A stretch of 64,000 nt of DNA from Octopus sinensis. Taxonomy: Eukaryota. A program made the position numbers and the translations under genes. Under the pieces are notes generated by a model. That model was not told where the DNA came from. It worked only from the letters and a program-made list of their open reading frames with translations, and made no database searches. How positions within the stretch are numbered: position 1 is the first letter of the stretch; every line of letters starts with the position of its first letter. Shown here in pieces: positions 24,189-35,794 of the stretch. The DNA lies in the NCBI RefSeq assembly GCF_006345805.1, contig NC_043002.1, positions 8,184,001-8,248,000 of the forward strand. Reading direction: 5' to 3'.

Positions 24189-27123
24189 ATGCAAAGAAAA
24201 ATTAAATGGAAGCTTAAAGCCCCTGCGAATGGACAGAGATTTAGAGATATGTTACTTGAAGCCTTTGACGAAGTGGAAGGGGGTATAGCTACACATGGGG
24301 TAGAAGACAACTGGACGTTTCTGAGGGACAACCTGCTGAAAGCCGCTGACCAGATCTGTGGCTGGTGCAAAGTCCCCTTAAGACCCAAAATAACGTGGTG
24401 GTGGAACAATATTGTTGACAGGGCTATTAGACAAAAGAAACAGGCTTGGAAGGCCTGGAAGAACGGTGGTAGCAGGGAAGGGTATCAGACTGCCAGAAGG
24501 GAAGCTAGGAGACAGGTCTATCTAGCCAGAGGGGAAGCAGATAAGAGAAAATTTGCCAATGTCCTGCGCCGTGAGGATGAAAGACTTGAGGTATTTCGTG
24601 TTGCAAGACAGTGTGTGAGAGAGAATCGTGATGTGGTAGGAGAGAAATGTGTTCGCATGGAGGATGGTTCACTTGCGCTAAATGAGGATGCAAAGAGAGA
24701 AGCTTGGAGACGCCACTATGAAAGGTTACTGAATGAGGAAAATGAATGGGATAAAGAGAGTCTGCCGAATGTTGACCCTACAGAGGGACCAGCTATCCAA
24801 GTTGATAGTTCCGTGGTAGCTAAGGCAATTAGAAGCATGAAGGCAGGGAAAGCGCCAGGCCCATCAGGAATTACTGCAGAGATGCTCAAAATATCTGGCA
24901 GTGTCGGCTATAACCTAGTCACCCGTATAGTCAACCAGGTGATACACGAAGGAGTCATACCCAATGACTGGTGCAGCAGCATACTAGTCAACTGCTACAA
25001 AGGTAAAGGTGATGCCCTAGATACAAATAATTACAGAGGTATCAAGCTGTTGGATCAAGTAATGAAGGTTACGGAGAGGGTCATAGCCCAACTAATTAGA
25101 GAGAGAGTTAGTTTAGATGAGATGCAGTTTGGGTTCGTGCCAGGGAAAAGTACCACTGATGCTATATTCCTGGTAAGGCAGCTGCAGGAGAAATACCTAG
25201 CCAAAGATAAGCCCCTGTACCTGGCTTTCGTTGACATGGAGAAAGCTTTTGATAGGGTCCCCCGATCCCTTATCTGGTGGTCAATGAGGAAACTAGGGAT
25301 AGATGAATGGCTGGTGAGGACTGTGCAAGCCATGTACAGAGATGCCGTAAGTAAGGTTAGGGTTGGCAACATGTACACAGAAGAATTCAAAGTAGAGGTT
25401 GGGGTCCACCAGGGTTCAGTACTCAGCCCCCTCCTATTTATCATAGTACTCCAGGCAATTACGGAGGAATTCAAGACAGGCTGTCCCTGGGAGCTCCTCT
25501 ACGCTGACGACCTTGCTCTTATTGCTGAGTCACTATCAGAACTGGAGGAGAAGTTCCAGGTGTGGAAGGAGGGTTTAGAATCAAGGGGCCTTAGAGTCAA
25601 CCTAGCTAAAACCAAAGTACTAATAAGTAGAAAGGTAGACAATCCACAAATATCTTCAGGAAGATGGCCCTGCTCGATCTGTAGAAAAGGTGTAGGTAGA
25701 AACTCTATAAGATGTACCCAGTGTAAGCTATGGACACATAAGAGGTGCAGCAATGTCAAAGGTAGGCTAACTGGGAAGATAGTTTTTGTATGTGGCAGAT
25801 GCTCGGGAGCATTAACCTCCGAAAATCTGCAGAAAACAACTTCCGTCACTTTCCAGGGGGAAAAACTAGAAGTAGTTGATAGCTTCCGTTATCTAGGTGA
25901 CCAAGTCAGTAGTGGGGGTGGGTGCGCTGAAAGTGTAACTGCTAGAATAAGAATAGCCTGGGCAAAGTTTAGGGAGCTCTTACCTCTGCTGGTGACTAAA
26001 GGCCTCTCGCTCAGAGTAAAAGGCAGACTGTATGATGCGTGTGTATGAACAGCCATGCTACATGGCAGCGAAACATGGGCCGTGACTGCTGAGGACATGC
26101 GTAAGCTCGTGAGGAATGAAGCCAGTATGCTCCGATGGATGTGTAATGTCAGTGTACATACTCGACAGAGCGTTAGCACCTTGAGAGAAATGTTGTACCT
26201 AAGTAGCATCAGTTGTGGTGTGCAAGAGAGACGATTGCGCTGGTATGGTCATGTGGCGAGAATGGATGAAGATAGGTGTGTGAGAAAGTGCCAATCCCTA
26301 GCAGTTGAGGGAACCCGTGGGAGAGGTAGACCCAGGAAAACCTGGGACGAGGTGGTGAAGCACGACCTTCGAACTCTAGGCCTCACTGAGGAAATGACCA
26401 GAGACCGAGACCTTTGGAAATATTCTGTACGTGAGAAGACCAGGCAGGACAAGTGAGCCCAGCCCACTTATGAATGCCTTTCCTCCCTTGGACACAAAGA
26501 CCGGCTGAAGCAAGCGAAGTCGATATAGAACCTCATCCGACGACAGACACCCATGCCAACCCCCCATGCTTGCGAAGACATGTTGGGGCAAGCGAAATCG
26601 AAATCGAAACCGAATTGAACCAGCCAGGATCCCATGCCTGGTGGTACGTAAAAAGCACTATCCGACTCGTGGCCGTGGCACATAAAATACTCCAATGCGA
26701 CCGTACGACAGGCACCCATGCCAACCTCCTTTGCTTGTGAAGACATGTTGGGGCAAGCGAAATCGAAATCGAATTGAACCAGCCAGGATCCCTGGTCTGG
26801 TGGTACGTAAAAAGCACTATCCAACTCGTGGCCGATGCCAGCACCGCCTCGACTGGCTTCCGTGCCGGTGGCACATAAAATACACCAATCTGACCGTGGC
26901 CGTTGCCAGCCCCGCCTGGCACCTGTGCAGGTGGCACGTAAAAAGCACCCACTACACTCACGGAGTGGTTGGCGTTAGGAAGGGCATCCAGCTGTAGAAA
27001 CATTGCCAAATTAGACTGGAGCCTGGTGCAGCCTTCTGGCTGCCCAGAACCCCGGTCGAACCGTCCAACCCATGCTAGCATGGAGAACGGACGTTAAACG
27101 ACGATGATGATGATGATGATGAT
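24189..27123 (+). mobile_element. 5'-truncated RTE-clade LINE: RT domain, PHD-like finger, C-terminal domain, repetitive 3' UTR, (GAT)n tail
   Basis: One frame 24189-26456 broken only by TGA at 26046; RT motifs KGKGD, QFGF, FVDMEKAFDRV, GVHQGSVLSPLLF, YADD (25500-25511); LHGSETW, RLRWYGHV, RGRGRPRKTW; Cys/His finger at 25667-25803. Confidence 0.95.
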
Positions 27124-28119
27124 ATAAACAAAACAAAAATAGTGTCGAAATAAAAAGAGTATTTCAAGTTTAAAATAATTTTATTATGCAAAAGCATTTG
27201 AAACTGTTTCCTCTAGAATATATTGCAGTGACTTTGTTTCTTCTTGTACATTAAAAGATCTAACGAACTGTATAGTCAAATAAAGTAATATATCTGACTA
27301 TAACATGGACCTTTCTATATGGTCTTAGCAATATCTAATTTTATAGAACCATGACAATTAAAATAGTATTCCCATAAGAATTGCTGTTTAAGGTAAAGTG
27401 AAGAGTTTTTGTACCACAGTAATACCATCAAAGAGAAGACAAGAACAGCAACAGCTGTTTTGAAAATACAAGCAAGGCAAACCCATTGGCATTCTTTGTT
27501 GAACATAACACCATTCCCACAACACCAGCAACCTTAATATCAATTATTCAAATAATGTAATCATTATTATTAACAGGTATTCAGCAGTCAAATCTTTGTG
27601 ACTAATCTCATGCTAAACGTCCTTTTAAAAATAAACAAAAGGAAAAATAGCTGTCAACAACCACAGACTACAAAGATTTCATACATTGACACAAGGCCTC
27701 AAACTTGTAGGGGAGGACTGTAGCCTAGTGTCTGTTCTTTGCCACTTTGACAGGCAGGAATACATACAGAGTAGAATTTGAACTCAGAATGTAAACATGA
27801 ATTTAAATAATACTGTAAAGGCTGACACACTAAATATCATGATATCAGGTGGTATGATCCCACTGAATGGAGTCTGCAATTCAGATCCGATTCCAATTGC
27901 AGTTATTTCACTTGCTCCACTTTGTTTGATAGTATACTCTACGTGTCATCTGGTCTAATACCATCCATTGGGTATTTATAGAGGAGTTCACTCTATTGCA
28001 AGCATTCAGACCAGGTCTCTAGTCTGAGGAAGATAATTACTTTTCTTCATCTCTCTCTGAGAGGCCCTGACTGAAAGTTTCATGGACACTGACTGAAGTT
28101 ACACACACTATATATATAT

Positions 28120-28391
28120 ATCCAAAATAAGCAACAAGTATATCCAAGGTAGAGTGGTATAATTGTTTCATGCTACTTCATTTTATTAAACACTGTAAGT
28201 ATTACATCAGTTTTAAAATGTGGAGCAATCTTCAGCAACTTATAGGATTTTCCAGTCAAACGGACAATGCACATTTCTTTGTTGCTTATTTTGATTATAA
28301 CCACCCTATTTGATTTATATGGATAATACCATACAAAATTCTGGTGCCTTCGACTTAAGTACCATATTCATCTGAATCTAAATTTTGCTGA
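28120..28391. mobile_element. Second locus of the hammerhead-bearing inverted element
   Basis: Minus-strand hammerhead at 28154-28239 (CUGAAGA...AGCAU GAAA CAAUUA UA CCAC) followed by the same tail in plus orientation (28277-28391). Confidence 0.6.
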
Positions 28392-30351
28392 ACTTTTATG
28401 TATATATATATATATATAAACTTTCAACCTCCAAACATCTGATTACCTATTCAGGAACTCTTCTGATTTTTAGGAGAGTCAAACAATAGATAATTTATCA
28501 CACTGAGGCATGATATATATTTTTAACATTTAATTACAATTTGGAACTCTACCATTTTGCCACCCTGTTACTTTTTCAAGGGAGTCTTTCAGTTATTGGC
28601 TCAGTCATTCACTAACAAAGAAAAACAAAGAAATATAATAACAGTTACAATTAGCTAACGGGAAAGTTAATTCATTATCTCTTCAGCTAAAATTAAAAAT
28701 TAAAAAAAAGCTTATGAAAAACCAGATTTATTTCAACACCTGTTAGAAGGTGGTAATCCCATTTGAAACCCTATTATGTTACCTCTACCTCTTGATTTAA
28801 GACGAGTGAGGTCTATATGCTGATGAGGACATGATGGAGTTTTGTTTCTGGCAAATTAGAATTGTTGCTGTGTTTTGAATACTTGCCTTACTTATTGCCT
28901 TCTTTCTGTTCAAGCTACACAAGTCTTGGAAGATGTGGTATATTCATTACAAACAAAAAAAAAATTTTTCGATACCAAGTTAGAAATGATCATTCCTATT
29001 TGAGAATGAACAATGTCTCAAAAATCCAGCATATAATAATACAATTATGAGCAACGTCTTCTATTAAAATAAATTTTTAAATATCTCTCCAAAACTTACC
29101 ATATCTCCTTAATATTGTTAAGATCATATAATTGTAAAAGCCCCTAGCCTTATGGTAATACACTGCTTTCTTTGAGAAGTATAGTTTTTTGTTTATTTTT
29201 TTTATTTTCTTTTGCATTCCATTTATGGTTTATTTCATCTCACAGCCATTTCATTTCGAAGAATTGCTTTTTATACTCTTTTTGTAAAGTGTGTCTCATA
29301 ATTATATACAGTCCCCACAATAAATTAACCTAGTTCCAAAAGGATGAGGCTTTTCTTGCAGACATAAGACTCCTTCCCCATTCATACACACACACAAAAC
29401 TTCAGAATGTATAGATACTATGCATATTTTACAGTGGCACGTAAAAGGGCACCATTCGAGCGTGATCGTTATCAACATCACTTTACTGGCACCTGAGCTG
29501 GTGGCATGTGTAAAAAGATTCGAGCGAGGTCTTTGCCAGTACCGCCGGTGGCATGTAAAAGTACCCACTACACTCACGGAGTGGTTGGCATTAAGAAGGG
29601 CATCCAGCTGTAGAAACTCTGCCAAATCAAGATTGGAGCCTGGTGCAGCCATCTGGTTCGCCAGCCCTCAGTCAAAATCGTCCAACCCATGCTAGCATGG
29701 AAAGTGGACGTTAAACGATGATGATGTAAGTGCACTAATTGCTTTTTGTCTAGGCACAGGATAATTTTTCCCAGTAAAGGAGCAAAGTCTAATAGATCAA
29801 CCAAATGGATGACAACCAAAGGTGACAAGACTGAAAACTGGTAGGTATTTTAATCTGATGCCTTGAGTATTTCTGCCAACTTGCTGCCATTCTTGCTTTG
29901 GCGATAGTGAATTGGAATTATTTGTCTGATCTGGAAGTATTAGTTTTAAGAGTGTTGTAATCCGTGTCCTATATAGATAGAAATGTTTATGGCAAGAAAG
30001 CATCATATAGATAGAAAACAACTGCACACAGACTTTTGTTTTTGTCCAGTCCTTAACTGTGTAAAGAATAAGAGGTGTTGATAAACATCTTGTTTAAAGC
30101 TTATTCAAGAGGAAGAAAGAAAGAAAAGGAAAAAATATGGGAATTCCATCTGTTGTGAATGCAATGAATAGTGTTTTATTATCATGCAATCATTGGTATT
30201 TGCAGGTGTGAATAAAATATATGCATATTTTGGGAGCAATCCTCTTCACAGCTAGCAACAGTGGAGGAGTATTGGTACCTGCTACAAGACCAGCAGAGCT
30301 GTGTGTCTCATGCATGGACACAACACTTCTAACCAAATATATGTATGTATG

Positions 30352-30408
<57 letters not shown>

Positions 30409-30459
30409 CGGAGATGTACTTGCATAGTGAGTGACTTGATCTGAGATTGTGTGCAAAAA

Positions 30460-30718
30460 CAATTGCAGCGTGGAAGGTGTTTATAAACCATTTAAGAAAC
30501 ACACAAAAAGCGTTAGATTCACTTCAACATTTAAATTTAATTTGTCAAAATATTTTTGTCGCTTTGAGACTGCGACCTGTTACAAAGTTTTGTCAGTGAA
30601 CAGGTCGCAGTCTCAAAGCGACGAAAATATTTTGACAAATTAAATTTAAATGTTGAAGTGAAATCTAACGGTTTTGTGTGTTTCTTAAATGACTTATAAA
30701 CACCTTCCATGCTGCAAT

Positions 30719-30720
<2 letters not shown>
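30460..30720. mobile_element. Near-perfect fold-back MITE (arms of about 120 bp); second copy 38958-39222
   Basis: GCAGCGTGGAAGGTGTTTATAA...GAGACTGCGACCTGTT / AACAGGTCGCAGTCTC...TTATAAACACCTTCCATGCTGC. Confidence 0.88.
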
Positions 30721-30757
<37 letters not shown>

Positions 30758-31832
30758 AATAGTCCTGCATTTTCACTTTCCAGATATTGCCTGTTGTATT
30801 TAACAGATGAAGACTTTTTTAAAGTAAACCAAGAATTAGTAACTATTTCTTTGAACTCTTAAGTAGGAAAAAAAAAAATGGAATGAATATTAGATTAGCA
30901 TTCAACTCTTTGATTCTAATGGGATTGTTAATATATTTGTTTGTTTTTTTCCTTTAAATAGAAATAAAATAATAATAATAATAATATTGACTTTAAGATC
31001 TAGTAAGCAGGATTAAAAAGTTGGAAGAAATGTCCAAGCTTTTTCCTGGACTGGTCAGTATTCCAGGCTGGCCACAAGAAATAACAGCTGCATTTGAATT
31101 ATATCACATAACATTTTCGTTTGTAAATAGGTTTCATTAGCAGAAAATAATTTATATTTTGCAAATTTTACAACTGAGAAACCATCCTGGGTAGTACTGA
31201 TATATCACAGAGGTGTTTTATTTTAGGATTTTTTTGTTTTTTAGCAGATTTTGTTACAGCAGTTGGTACTGTAAATTGCTGGTGGGTGTTTTGTGTTTTA
31301 TCGAACTGAGGATGAGAACATATCTGAAACTAAACGTCTAAATTTTTTTTGATGAATTTATTATTAGTAGTAATAGTAGTAGACGAGGTGGTCGTGGTGA
31401 CAACAAATTTTCAATCTTAACCTCATCTTCCTTATCTCATCCACTTTATTTTGGGCAAAACAACATTTTGAACAATTTGTTTTGTGACCAAGTGTCATAG
31501 TTTGCAAAACTATGTGCATATTTTGAAGATGAGATTGAATTTGTTTATATATAGACATGTTCACACACTCACACACACACATATACACAAAGATGAAAAT
31601 GTCTAAAAAAAAATGTTTTCTGTCAGTATTTGGAAGTACTTTTGCATTATAATATATTTTCTCTATATTATTTGGCAAAATATTCCAAGATATTGGTATT
31701 CACTTAAAATAAACATTGGAACTAAAATTCTAAAATTCATCATATTAGAAAAAAAAAAAGACTTCAACAAAATTCTCAGTTCCATAACAGTTAATATATA
31801 CAAAAAACACTTATCACTAAGTTTGCTCTCTC

Positions 31833-33694
31833 TTATAACACAGAATCAAATATGTGAACGAAGAACATGGGGCTGCGTTCAAGTACCAAGAGTTTCCCAT
31901 CTGAAGTCACGTCTACTGATTGGGGGCGTAAAATAAACTTCTGGACACTGAGAAGCACTTTATCAAACTGGCCATCTTTGAAGAGCCGAATTACTCTGGA
32001 TTTCCAAGTGTCTGCCAAATATATGTACTTATTGTTAGCTGAAATACCAAAAACACCACACATACAGATATTACAATGGCTGCTGCTGCCACGGAAAACA
32101 AACTTTAACCTTCCTTTTAAATCTATACACACCAAACAATTGCTATCTTGATCGACAATTAAAATATCGTCTTCCGTAGTAATGGTTAGACATCCAACAG
32201 ATGAAATTACTTCAGGATAAAGAAAAGCCATTTCAATATGTTGTACGACATCAGTATGATCGGAATGAACGGTGAGAATGTCTGCTGAAAGAGAATCCAA
32301 TGAACTGCATACAAGTCTCTTGTCCTTAGTGGCTGCCACCCCTCGGTACTTATAGACTGTCTTTAAGGGACGCCAAGACCATGGAAGTACCATGTTGACA
32401 TGTTGAACAAGGCGGATTTCAGATGAGTATGGAAAAGTAATAGCCACTTCACTGTTGGACCAAACACAAATTCCAAACGGTTGACCTACAGTTTTTAAAC
32501 AGCCAACAAGATGGCCTTCTCGATTAAACTGCTTTATTGTATGATTTACACTGTCTGTGACTATTAGCCGACCATTTGGCAGACTGACTATTTGTCCAAA
32601 GCATCTATAATCAGTTTCATCTGCTAGAGTTGCTGGAAATTGATTCAGTTTAACAGGTTCAAGTGGTCTAAGAAAATTTTCTAAATGTTCAGATCTTTTT
32701 GTATGATTGTCTTTAATTTGTTGTATAACTTCATAACTGCTTTCTACACCATCTGCCTCAAGGAAAATATTGGGAGAAACGTTTGTATAATCGGTAGCAC
32801 TTTCCAACTTGTTTTCATATGTTAAAGAGACTTCTCCAAACTTGTGTATTTCAAACTCTCGAAACAGGTTAAAGTATTTCTGGTTTGGAGAAAATCTGAG
32901 GCTGTGGTGTAACCGTTTTGGTTGTGGAAGTTGAAGCGCATAATCAGGACTCATGTTCTGGTAAATGTTCATGAATTGAGAACACGATGACTCCAAGGCA
33001 CAGTCAAGCGTGGAAAGATGTCGAGAAACTGAATCAACCATATCACGTGCTTGACCAAGGAGACCATCCAAGTAATTCTGCTGATCATCATGCAACTGAA
33101 CAAGATCATAAAAGATCTCATTTTCCTTCTCTTTTAGAACTTTCTCAATCTTCAGACGAATGTTGCAAATCTCTCTTTTTATTTCCTGCATGCTAACAGT
33201 TACTTTCTCTTTCTCTTTTAGAACTTCTTTCACTAATTCTTCAGCTTGTTTCTTTTTAGCAGCAAGGTTCAAACGGCTTGTTTCTGCAGCCCCTCGTTTG
33301 TCTGGATAGACGGTTAGTAAGGAATGAACATAGCTGTCGCATTTACGGTGCATATCGAAAAAGCATAAGCAGCATATCATTTGCTCACACTTGGTACAAA
33401 AGAGTTCCATTTCTTTGGAACTATGGAGAGGACAACTTGGTCCAGAAGGAATTTGAGAAAGTGCAGAACTCAAGGTTAAAACTTGATGTTCCATAGACAC
33501 AGGATCTTTCTTTGAGGCATGCTTGTTGGAACAGTTTGAACACAGCCCTTCACAACACGGCTTACACCAGAAATTGGCCAGTCGTCGTCTTTTCTGCTTC
33601 AGACAAGACTCACAAAAGATACAGCCTTCAGTTGCTTTTGTAAGTGAAAGTAAATTTATCAAGTGATGGTTCTGTGGAAAAGCACGACCCCATT
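31833..33694 (-). CDS. Large terminal exon of a TRIM-like protein: B-box1, B-box2, coiled coil, NHL-repeat beta-propeller
   Basis: Uninterrupted frame of about 620 codons; CxxC...CxxCxxxLCxxCxxxH (B-box1), CPLH...FCxxCxxxICxxCxxxxHxxC (B-box2), heptad region, NHL-like repeats (GRLIVTDSVNHTIKQF, ILIVDQDSNCL, IYLADTWKSRV). Acceptor TTTTGTGTTTTTCAG at 33695-33709, phase 1, so the ORF-track start at 33707 is intronic. Confidence 0.88.
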
Positions 33695-33868
33695 CTGAAA
33701 AACACAAAAGAAATAAATTAATAGAGTGCCCTTTACTTTAGATAAGGATTATTAGAAGTCAACCTAAAATTAGTCCAACATAAAATGTATTAATCATTTC
33801 TGGGATTCTTGACATTTAACAAAGAAGACTTAAAAAAAATATACTAGGCCCAGGCACACGCACACATT

Positions 33869-33902
<34 letters not shown>

Positions 33903-33907
33903 TATAT

Positions 33908-34620
33908 GTTCAGTAAAATTTAGATTCAAATGAATATGTTACTTAAGTCAGATACACCAGAATTTTGTATGGTGTTATCCATATAAGTCCATGAGGTGAT
34001 TATAATCAAAATAAGCAACAAGAATATCTTCGTGAAACGATCGTACCAAATTACCGAAAATATTTTTGTTGCTTATTTTGATTATATATATATAATCAAA
34101 ATAAGCAACAAGGATATCCAAAGGTAGAGTAGTACAATTGTTTCATGCTACTTCATTTAATTAAACAATGTAAGTATTACATCAGTTTTAAAATTTAGAG
34201 CACTCATCAGCCACATATGGAATTTTTTAAAAATTAAATTGACAATGTTCATTTTTCTACTTAATTCCATTTGCCAACATTACAAAGAAGGTAGGTATAT
34301 AGACAGAGAGGTGAATTTCATCAGCAGAAACATGGTAGTATATGATCCTTCCTCATGGGTAGATTTCTTTTCACTGAATTTCCTTTGTCAATTTAATTTT
34401 TATACAAATTCTATATGTGGCTGGAGAGTGCTCTACATTTTAAGTCTTATGTAATACTTACAGTGTTTAATAAAATGAAGTAGCATGAAACAATTGTACT
34501 ACTCTACCTTGGATATCATTGTTGCTTATTTTGATTATAATCACCCCATTTGATTTATATGGATAATACCATATAAAATTCTGGTGCCTTTAACTTAAGT
34601 ACCATATTCATGTGAATCTA
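33908..34620. mobile_element. Fold-back non-autonomous element of two head-to-head hammerhead-bearing units (Penelope pLTR-like)
   Basis: 33908-34227 is the reverse complement of 34406-34620 apart from an internal insertion; each unit is a hammerhead plus a tail of about 130 nt. A related arrangement is at 28120-28391. Confidence 0.65.
34129..34214 (-). ncRNA. Type I hammerhead ribozyme motif with intact core
   Basis: Minus strand reads GUGG-CUGAUGA-GUGCU-(loop of about 50 nt)-AGCAU-GAAA-CAAUUG-UA-CUAC: stem I GUGG/CUAC, stem II GUGCU/AGCAU, palindromic stem III, GUA cleavage triplet. Confidence 0.7.
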
Positions 34621-35049
34621 TATATATATTTGCCAGCGCAGCCTTGACTGGCTTCCGTGCCAGTGGCACATAAAAAGCACCAACCGATCGTGGCCGTTAC
34701 CAGCCTCCCCTGGCACCTCTGCCGGTGGCACATAAAAAGCACCATCCATATGTGGTTGATGCCAGCGCCACCATGACTGGCTTCCGTGCCAGTGGCACAT
34801 AAAAAGCACCAACCGATCGTGGCCGTTGCCAGCCTCCCCTGGCACATAAAAAGCACCCACTACACTCACGGAGTGGTTGGCGTTAGGAAGGGCATCCAGC
34901 TGTAGAAACACTGCCAGATCTGGAGCATGGAAAGCAGACGTTAAACGATGATGACGATGCACATACACACACGTTGGCAGCATTAACTTGTGTCTGAGTA
35001 TTACATCTACGGCAAGTGCATGAGCCTCTTCATCTTGATGCGTGCAAAT

Positions 35050-35240
35050 GGTACCATTACCTGAGGTGACTGTTCAGGCCAAGTGTGGCATAGAAGTGAC
35101 ATTTATTGCAGGGAAGTGTTGGCAGGGGACAAAGAAGAGCAAGTCGCTCTTTGCATCTTCGACCTTTGATCTCTACCTCTTGACGTCTTAGTTTTCATTT
35201 AGGCCTCTTCCCTCAACGATGACATGCCACCGCTTTATTT
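35050..35240 (-). mobile_element. RTE-type 3' end with C2H2-like finger remnant
   Basis: PTLPCNKCHFYATLGLNSHLR* resembles the C..C.R.....GL.SH.R terminus. Confidence 0.5.
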
Positions 35241-35794
35241 TATTTTCTTCTTTTACACATTTCAGTCGTTTGACTGCGGCCATGCTGGAGCACCATCTTA
35301 ATGGGTTTTAGTCAAAGATGTCGACCCCAGGACTTATTCTTTATAAGCCTAGTACTTACTCTAATGGTCCCTTTTGTCAAACCACTAAGTTATGGGGACA
35401 TAAATACACTACCATCAGTTGTCAAGCAATGGTGGTGGGGAGGACAAACATACACACAGAAATATATATACAAATACACATCTAAATATATATATATACA
35501 CACACACACATATATACACGCACACATATACACACACATACATATACACACACACACATATATATACACAATGGGCTTCTTTCAGTTTCCATCTACCAAA
35601 TCCACTCATGAGACTGGTCGGCCTGAGGTTATAGAAGACACATGCCCAAGGTGCCATGCAGTAAGACAGAACCTAGAACCATGTGGTTGAGAAGCAAGCT
35701 TCTTACCACACAGCAACACATGCGCCTATATATATATATATTATATATATATATATATATAATACATATCTATTTGTCTATCTATCTATATATA

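Noticed and set aside
26046-26048. Programmed readthrough or selenocysteine at the shared RTE TGA
   Set aside because: A third copy has CGA, the site is a CpG, and no SECIS or readthrough context was seen; mutation is the simpler explanation.
26468-27081. Recurrent ORFs such as MFLQLDALPNANHSVSVVGAFYVPPAQ at dozens of loci
   Set aside because: Antisense or sense readings of the non-coding RTE 3' UTR; frames are not conserved between copies.
27315-27535. Hydrophobic minus frame (CWCCGNGVMFNKECQWVCLACIFKTAVAVLVFSLMVLLW)
   Set aside because: No convincing splice partners or family motif; cannot be supported from sequence alone.
28819-28860. Other CTGATGA matches (also near 22485, 40392, 53556, 53853)
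   Set aside because: No stem II closure followed by GAAA and an NUH site.
31011-31140. Protein-like plus frame IKKLEEMSKLFPGLVSIPGWPQEITAAF
   Set aside because: The acceptor lacks a pyrimidine tract, there are no partner exons and no recognisable homology.
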